Positions 26,036 through 32,000 of a DNA stretch of 32,000 nucleotides are shown here, piece by piece (position 1 is the first letter of the stretch; every line of letters starts with the position of its first letter). Position numbers and translations under genes: made by a program. The stretch spans positions 120,001 to 152,000 of the forward strand of contig NC_003902.1 in NCBI RefSeq assembly GCF_000007145.1. The letters run 5' to 3'. The stretch comes from Xanthomonas campestris pv. campestris str. ATCC 33913 (GTDB lineage Bacteria > Pseudomonadota > Gammaproteobacteria > Xanthomonadales > Xanthomonadaceae). The notes below the pieces were generated by a model that saw only the letters and a list, made by a program, of their open reading frames with translations, was not told the origin of the DNA and did not search any database.

Positions 26036-27058
26036 TCACCGCTTCACATCAAACCGCGCATCGCCCACACACGCCTGCACATCGGCCACCGAGAGCGGAT
26101 TGAAATCGCCCGGAATTGAGTGCTTTAAGCAGCCGGCGGCCAGGCCGAAGCGCACCGTGTCGTCCAGCGACCAGCCTTCGATCAGGCCGTGCAACACACC
26201 GGCTGCAAATGCATCGCCACCGCCAATGCGGTCGATGATAGGGGTGAGTTCTTCGGCCGGCGCAAACGCCACCGCGCCATCGCGCGGCACCAGCATCGCG
26301 CCCAGGCTGTGGTGGTCCACGTTATGCGCTACGCGCTGGGTGCAGGCCATCAGCTGCAGCTGCGGGAAGGCGGCAAACGCCTGCTGCGCGGCCGCTTCCA
26401 CACGTGCTTCCAGCGTGTCTTGCGGGAACTCGCCGCCCAACACCACGCCGATGTCGCGGTAGTCCGCAAACACCACGTCCGCACACGCGAACAGGTCGTG
26501 CAGGATGCCGCGCGCATCGCCTTGCCAGCGCTGCCACAACTTGGGCCGGTAGTTGCCGTCAAACGACACCTTCACCCCGGCCGCGCGCGCGGCGCGGGCG
26601 GCGGCGAGCGTGGCCTGGGCCACATCGGCGCCCAACGCAGGGCTGACCCCGGACAGGTGCAGCCACTGCGCACCGTCAAGCAGGCGCGGCCAGTCGTAGG
26701 CATCGGCCGGCGCCAGCGCAAACGCCGAATCGGCGCGGTCGTACACCACCTCGCTGGCCCGGTGGATCGCACCGGTGGTGAGGAAGTACAGCCCCACGCG
26801 GCCATCCACCCGCCGCACGTGGCGGGTATCGACGGCGTGCCGGCGCAACTCGCCCAGCACCGCCGCGCCTAGCGGGTTGTCGGCCACCGTGCTCACCATT
26901 GCCACGTCATGGCCGAAGTGCGCCAGCGACACGCCCACGTTCGCCTCGGCGCCACCGCAGTGCACCTCCAGTCGCGGTTGCTGCAACAGCAGCTCGTGAC
27001 CGGGCGCCCCCAGGCGCAGCAACAACTCACCAAAGCACAGGATGCGGGCACGACTCAT
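26036..27058 (-). CDS. kdgK: PfkB-family sugar kinase, most likely 2-dehydro-3-deoxygluconokinase, 340 aa
   Basis: ILCFGELLLRL..., GGAEANVGVSLAHFG and the C-terminal PfkB signature DRIGGGDAFAAGVLHGL. The length and N-terminus fit KdgK better than ribokinase or fructokinase, but the substrate is inferred. Confidence 0.8.
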   Translation of the reverse strand: MSRARILCFGELLLRLGAPGHELLLQQPRLEVHCGGAEANVGVSLAHFGHDVAMVSTVADNPLGAAVLGELRRHAVDTRHVRRVDGRVGLYFLTTGAIHRASEVVYDRADSAFALAPADAYDWPRLLDGAQWLHLSGVSPALGADVAQATLAAARAARAAGVKVSFDGNYRPKLWQRWQGDARGILHDLFACADVVFADYRDIGVVLGGEFPQDTLEARVEAAAQQAFAAFPQLQLMACTQRVAHNVDHHSLGAMLVPRDGAVAFAPAEELTPIIDRIGGGDAFAAGVLHGLIEGWSLDDTVRFGLAAGCLKHSIPGDFNPLSVADVQACVGDARFDVKR

Positions 27059-27344
27059 ACGGCAATTACCTCGGCTGTGTGGTGCGTCACGGGGTGGGGG
27101 ATTCCGCGCGCGTTAGGATGACCATCGGTGTCATTCTAGCTGTCGCCTGACACGTCCGGCGATGACCATGATGCGACGCCCAGTGACGGCTTGCATCCCT
27201 TTGGGGCGAATTTGGTGACGTTTTCTGCTGCGCTGCAAGATGTTGCGGGGCGATTCAGCTGGTAACGTCGTTTTGACCAGCGGTGTCATTGCCGCTCACA
27301 ACCAGACATTTCACATTGTTCATGGACCCTTGGGAGGGGAGGAC

Positions 27345-30113
27345 ATGCAATTTCGGACCACCAACCGGAAGACACCGGTTACCTTGCTGGCGCTGTCGAT
27401 CGGCCTGGCACTGAGCGGCCACGCGGCCGCACAAGATGCAGCACAAACCCCTGCCGAACCTGCCGTGGACCTGGACACCGTCACGGTGACCGGTTACCGC
27501 GCCAGCGTGGAAAAGGCCCTGGACATCAAGCGCGGCGAAGCCGGCGTGGTCGATGCCATTGTCGCGGAGGACATTGGCAAGTTCCCCGACCTCAACCTGG
27601 CCGAGTCGCTGCAGCGCATCCCCGGCGTGGTGATCACCCGTGAAGCCGGCGAAGGCCGCGCCATCTCGGTCCGCGGCCTGGGCCCGGAGTTCACCCGCGT
27701 GCGCATCAACGGCATGGAAGCGCTCACCACCGTGGGCGCCGGCGACCAGAGCGGCGGCACCAACCGCGGCCGTGGCTTCGACTTCAACGTGTTCGCCTCG
27801 GACCTGTTCTCGCAGCTGATCGCCCGCAAGACGGCCTCGGCCGACGTGGAAGAAGGCTCGCTCGGCGCCACCGTCGATCTGCGCACCGCGCGCCCGTTCG
27901 ACTACAGCGGCTTCACCTTCGCCGCCAGCGGCCAGGCCGGCTACAACGCGATGGCCGAAAAGGCCAATCCGCGCGTGGCCGCGTTGATCTCCAACACCTG
28001 GGCCGACAACACCTTCGGCGCCTTGCTGTCGGTGGCCTACACCGAGCGCGAAGTGCTGGAAGAAGGCTCCAACACCGGCCGTTGGGCCAATGGGCCGAGC
28101 AACGGCGGCTTCAGCGCCACCTCGCCGTTTGCCGCGGCGCGTTCGGCCGATGTCTATCACCCGCGTTTCCCGCGCTACACCCAGCAGATCCACGACCAGC
28201 AGCGCCTGGGCGTCACCGGCTCGCTGCAGTGGAAGCCCTCCGACCGCACCACGCTGTCGCTGGACATGCTGTATTCCAAGATCGATGCCAAGCGCGATGA
28301 GCACTACATCGAAGCGATCTCCTTCAGCCGCGGCGGCAATGCGCGCCCGGTGCTGGTTGGCAAGCCGGCCACCGTTGTGCGCAACGGCGAGATCCGCAAC
28401 AACGCCCTGGTGTATGGCGAATTCGACAACGTCGATATCCGTACCGAAAACCGCCACGACGAGTGGAACACCGAGTTCAAGCAGATCAGTTTCGACGTGG
28501 AGCACCGCTTCAGCGACGACTTCAGCATGAACGCGCGCATCGGCACCTCGCGCTCCGCGCACGAGAACCCGGTGCAGACCACCATCATCATGGACAAGTA
28601 CGACGTCGACGGGTACAGCTACGACTACCGCGGCAACAACCGCGCGCCGGTGCTGAACTACGGCATCAACCCGACCGATCCCACCGGCTGGGAACTGGCG
28701 GAAATCCGCCTGCGTCCGCAGACCGTGGACAACGACTTCGATACCGGCCAGATCGACTTCAACTGGAACATCAGCCCCGGCTTCCGCCTCAAGGGCGGCG
28801 TGCTGGCCAAGAACTACACCTTCAGCACGGTGGAGTTGCGCCGCGCCAACGAATTGTCGGTGCCGACCTTCGCCAATGGCACGCGCATCGTGCCGGCCGA
28901 TCTCACCGAACAAGCCGGGCTCAAGGGCATCAACGGCAGCCCCGCTGCGTGGGTCGTGCCCAACCTGGATGCCGTGGCCGACCAGTTCGGCATCTACAGC
29001 AACAGCGGCACCTTCGCTGTGGCCCCGCGCGTCAACAACAGCCGTAGCGTCGAAGAAAAAGACCGCGGCGTGTGGTTGATGGGCGAGTTCTCCACCGACC
29101 TGGGCTCGATTCCGTTCTCCGGCAATTTCGGCGTGCGTTACGTGCGCACCGAGCAGGAATCCACCGGCTATGCGTTGATCAACAACGCACCGGCGCTGAC
29201 CACCGTGGGCCGCAAGTACAACAACACGCTGCCCTCGTTCAACCTGGTCGCCGAGCTGGCACCGGACCTGCTGCTGCGTCTTGGCGCCGCCAAGGTGATG
29301 TCGCGTCCCGGCCTGGGCAGCCTCACGCCCGGCGTGACCGTGGCCGTGGCCGGTGGTGCGCGCACCGTGGCCGGCGGCAACCCGGATCTGGACCCGATCG
29401 AAGCCACCAACGTCGACCTCGGCCTGGAGTGGTACTTCAACGAAGGCGCGATGGTCGGTGTGGGCCTGTTCTACAAGGACATCGAAAGCTTCATCCAGAC
29501 CGCGCGCGAAGTGCGTCCGTACTCCAGCAGCGGCCTGCCGGCCTCCTTGCTGGAAGGCACCGGCGCCAGCGTCAACGACGACTTCGCCTTCAGCATTCCG
29601 CTCAATACCCCGGGCGGCGAATTGAAGGGCGTGGAAGCCAACTACGTGCAGCCGTTTACGTTCCTGCCGGGCAAGTGGGCCAACCTGGGCGTGCAGCTCA
29701 ACTACACCTGGGTGGATTCGCAGATCCAGTACCTGGCCAGCAGTGGCGCACCGGTGATGAAGAACGACCTGCTCGGCCTGTCGCGCTCGTCGTGGAATGC
29801 CACGCTGTTCTACGAAGGCGACACCTTCGCAGGCCGCATCTCCGCCACCAACCGCGACGACTACCTCACCCAGGCACCGGGTGCGGAAGCCGGCTTCAAC
29901 GTGGACGGCGTGCACGGCATGACCGGCACCACCATCCTCGATGCGTCGCTGCGCTACAAGATCAGCAAGCAGCTGGAACTGAGCCTGGAAGGCATCAACC
30001 TCACCAACGAAGCCTCCGACGAATGGGTGTCGTCGCCGCGCACCGGCCAGCTGCCGCTGCAATACGGTGAAACCGGCCGCCAGTACCTGCTGGGCCTGCG
30101 CTACAAGTTCTGA
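27345..30113 (+). CDS. TonB-dependent outer-membrane receptor, 922 aa
   Basis: ATG at 27345 follows GGGAGGGGAGGA. Signal peptide ...LALSGHAAA-QDA. TonB-box/plug region DLDTVTVTGYR...VDAIVAEDIGKFPDLNLAESLQRIPGV...ISVRGLGPEFTRVRINGME. The barrel ends ...GRQYLLGLRYKF. Confidence 0.95.
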   Translation: MQFRTTNRKTPVTLLALSIGLALSGHAAAQDAAQTPAEPAVDLDTVTVTGYRASVEKALDIKRGEAGVVDAIVAEDIGKFPDLNLAESLQRIPGVVITREAGEGRAISVRGLGPEFTRVRINGMEALTTVGAGDQSGGTNRGRGFDFNVFASDLFSQLIARKTASADVEEGSLGATVDLRTARPFDYSGFTFAASGQAGYNAMAEKANPRVAALISNTWADNTFGALLSVAYTEREVLEEGSNTGRWANGPSNGGFSATSPFAAARSADVYHPRFPRYTQQIHDQQRLGVTGSLQWKPSDRTTLSLDMLYSKIDAKRDEHYIEAISFSRGGNARPVLVGKPATVVRNGEIRNNALVYGEFDNVDIRTENRHDEWNTEFKQISFDVEHRFSDDFSMNARIGTSRSAHENPVQTTIIMDKYDVDGYSYDYRGNNRAPVLNYGINPTDPTGWELAEIRLRPQTVDNDFDTGQIDFNWNISPGFRLKGGVLAKNYTFSTVELRRANELSVPTFANGTRIVPADLTEQAGLKGINGSPAAWVVPNLDAVADQFGIYSNSGTFAVAPRVNNSRSVEEKDRGVWLMGEFSTDLGSIPFSGNFGVRYVRTEQESTGYALINNAPALTTVGRKYNNTLPSFNLVAELAPDLLLRLGAAKVMSRPGLGSLTPGVTVAVAGGARTVAGGNPDLDPIEATNVDLGLEWYFNEGAMVGVGLFYKDIESFIQTAREVRPYSSSGLPASLLEGTGASVNDDFAFSIPLNTPGGELKGVEANYVQPFTFLPGKWANLGVQLNYTWVDSQIQYLASSGAPVMKNDLLGLSRSSWNATLFYEGDTFAGRISATNRDDYLTQAPGAEAGFNVDGVHGMTGTTILDASLRYKISKQLELSLEGINLTNEASDEWVSSPRTGQLPLQYGETGRQYLLGLRYKF

Positions 30114-30123
30114 GTGTCACCCG

Positions 30124-30147
30124 CCCGCTGCGCACACGCGCAGCGGG
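30124..30147 (+). terminator. Perfect 10-bp stem, 4-nt loop hairpin (cccgctgcgc-acac-gcgcagcggg) after the receptor gene
   Basis: Starts 11 nt after the stop TGA (30111-30113). There is no U-tract. Confidence 0.55.
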
Positions 30148-30291
30148 CCCCATTGCAAACGCTTGATCGCCGTGTATGCGCTGCCGAGACGCACGCATGC
30201 AACGCGGTGGGCGTGATGTTTCGTTCGACGCCGGTGGCCTAGGGGGGCTGAGCGCGTCATTGCACCCCAGTGCCCTGGAGAGAGCCGCATC

Positions 30292-32000
30292 ATGCAAGCC
30301 CGTTCGTGTCGTCCTGCCCAAGAGGCGGGCGCCCGCCTGTCCGCCGCGCGTTTGTCGGTGGCCATCGTTCTGGCCTTGCACGGTGTTGGCGCTGCCGCGC
30401 AAACCGTGGGCCCACCGGCCACCCCGGCCGATGCGGTGGACCTGGACCGCGTGCAGGTCAAGGCCACCTATCGCGAAAGCCTGCAGCAATCGCTGGACGC
30501 CAAGCGCTACAGCGTGGAGCAGGTGGATGCGATCTACGCCGAAGACATCGGCAAGTTTCCCGATCTGAATCTGGCCGAATCGATGCAGCGCATCGCCGGT
30601 GTGTCCATCGACCGCGAAGGCGGCGAGGGCAAGCAGATTTCGGTGCGCGGCCTGGGCTCGGATTTCACCCGCGTGCGCATCAACGGCCTGGAAGCATTGG
30701 CCACCGCCGGCAGCGGCAGCGATGGCGTCAACCGCAGCCGTGGATTCGATTTCAATACCTTCGCCTCGGAACTCTTCAGCCGCGTCACCATCAGCAAGAC
30801 CCAGTCGGCGCAGACCGACGAAGGCTCGCTGGGCGCCACGGTGGATCTGCGCGGCTCGCGCCCGTTCGACTTCGACGGCTTCGAAGCAGCCGCCTCCACC
30901 CAGTACGGCTACAACGATCTCTCGCGCGAACAAGATCCGCGTTTTTCCGGCCTGATCAGCAACATCTGGGCCGATGGCCGCTTCGGCGCATTGATGTCGG
31001 TGTCCTACAGCGAGCGGCATCTGCGCGAAGAAGGCTACAACCCGGTGCGCTGGGAGCACGGCAACTACCGCAACTCCAACCAGAGCACCGCCACCAACAA
31101 CGGCACCTACGGCTTCTGCTCGCCGGTGGGCTACAACCCGCAGACCCCGCGTAACCCGTTGTCGAACGAAACGCGCGCCGGCGTGGGCTCGCAGGCCAAC
31201 CAGGACCGCAACAACGGCTGGGGCAGCTACGGCATCAGCGCCACCACCTGCGGCACCGGCATCGCGCGCCCGGCCAACACACCGGAAAACATCCAGGCCT
31301 ACGAAACAGCCACCGATGCGTGGATTCCACGCTACCCGCGCTACATCCGCACCGATCACGAGATCAAGCGCCTGGGCGTCACCGGCGCGCTGCAGTTCAA
31401 GGTCAGCGACGACACGCTGCTGAATTTCGACATGCTGTATTCGAAGCTGGACAAGGACCAGCGCGAAGATTCGGTCGGCGCCAACCTGCACCGCACTGCC
31501 AACTTCGGCGGCAAGACCCAAATTGCGGTGCGCGAAGCGCAAGTGGACGAGCAAAACCGCTTGGTTTACGGCGTATTCGACAACGTCGACTACCGCACCG
31601 AATCCAGCAGCATCGAAGAATCCACCGAGTTCAAGCAATTCAGCCTGGACCTGCAGCACCGCTTCAATGACCAGGTGCGCATGACCGCGCTGGTCGGCCA
31701 TTCCACCTCCGATTACGAGCGGCCGGTGTTCTCGCTGGTGAGTTTCGACAACACCAACCTGGATGGTTTCGTGCTGGACCGGCGCGGTGGTGGCGACTAC
31801 CCGAGCATGACCTTCCCATTCAATGCCGCCGATGCCAACAACTGGCAATGGCTGGGCTATGGCGCGGTGCCGGTGAACAGCAATGGCACTGCGCGCGGCA
31901 CCAACATCAGCGAGGTGCGGCTCAACCCGCAGTCGGTGAGCAACACCTTCGACACCGCCAAGGTGGACCTGGAATTCAACATCAGCCCCACCTTCACCTT
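30292..32000 (+). CDS. Second, paralogous TonB-dependent receptor (3' end outside window)
   Basis: This frame is missing from the supplied ORF track because it has no stop in the window. I translated it by hand from ATG 30292 (GGAGAG at 30277-30282) to nt 32000 and found no stop. Product is MQARSCRPAQEAGARLSAARLSVAIVLALHGVGAAA-QTV..., with a plug region VDAIYAEDIGKFPDLNLAESMQRIAGV...ISVRGLGSDFTRVRINGLE near-identical in pattern to the first receptor. Confidence 0.9.
   Translation, partial: MQARSCRPAQEAGARLSAARLSVAIVLALHGVGAAAQTVGPPATPADAVDLDRVQVKATYRESLQQSLDAKRYSVEQVDAIYAEDIGKFPDLNLAESMQRIAGVSIDREGGEGKQISVRGLGSDFTRVRINGLEALATAGSGSDGVNRSRGFDFNTFASELFSRVTISKTQSAQTDEGSLGATVDLRGSRPFDFDGFEAAASTQYGYNDLSREQDPRFSGLISNIWADGRFGALMSVSYSERHLREEGYNPVRWEHGNYRNSNQSTATNNGTYGFCSPVGYNPQTPRNPLSNETRAGVGSQANQDRNNGWGSYGISATTCGTGIARPANTPENIQAYETATDAWIPRYPRYIRTDHEIKRLGVTGALQFKVSDDTLLNFDMLYSKLDKDQREDSVGANLHRTANFGGKTQIAVREAQVDEQNRLVYGVFDNVDYRTESSSIEESTEFKQFSLDLQHRFNDQVRMTALVGHSTSDYERPVFSLVSFDNTNLDGFVLDRRGGGDYPSMTFPFNAADANNWQWLGYGAVPVNSNGTARGTNISEVRLNPQSVSNTFDTAKVDLEFNISPTFT

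Noticed and set aside
27260-27279. tggtaacgtcgttttgacca as a LacI-type operator, and atttcacattgttcat (27308-27323) as a KdgR-like site, upstream of the receptor and kdgK
   Set aside because: Only about 6 of 10 half-site symmetry, and only loose resemblance to the operators I remember. This is too weak to call without comparative data.
27255-30062. 935-aa minus-strand ORF opposite the first TonB-dependent receptor, and likewise the 615-aa ORF 30001..31848 opposite the second
   Set aside because: These are antisense shadow ORFs of GC-rich genes with low-complexity Gly/Ala/Arg/Val/His products. The plus-strand frames have signal peptides, plug motifs and barrel termini.

Overview
High-GC chromosomal segment. 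It looks Xanthomonas-like (Xanthomonadaceae), inferred from three TonB-dependent receptor genes, FabV, GTAG-headed REP palindromes and 7-bp microsatellites. Most of it is core metabolism and repair. In order: TonB-dependent receptor 3' fragment (2-1324); two small hypothetical genes; aldB-like aldehyde dehydrogenase plus DUF779 (2955-5041); a ku-ligD NHEJ operon (6049-10002), possibly preceded by an unannotated coupled ORF; a 1.3-kb convergent intergenic region made only of repeats (21-bp direct repeat, about 990 bp of tandem 184-185-bp units each carrying a REP doublet, then a heptanucleotide microsatellite); lldD (-); an ICMT-family methyltransferase (-) divergent from a DesK/NarL-type histidine kinase and LuxR-type response regulator pair with ATGA overlap; fabV; a small membrane protein; an SGNH hydrolase; kdgK; and two tandem paralogous TonB-dependent receptors. 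The least explained part is 15.4-22.3 kb. It holds a 145-bp long palindrome, a 457-aa orphan protein, a Cys-rich lipoprotein, a small secreted protein, and a 1113-aa protein combining a winged-helix DNA-binding domain, a STAND-type P-loop NTPase, a hydrophobic segment and a TPR-like C-terminus. That large gene overlaps by ATGA a lower-GC 127-aa gene of unknown function, and this two-gene module is my best candidate for an undescribed signalling or conflict system. No tRNA or rRNA gene, CRISPR array, IS element or transposase gene, or prophage gene was recognised. Many long ORFs in the track are antisense or alternate-frame artefacts of the high GC content.
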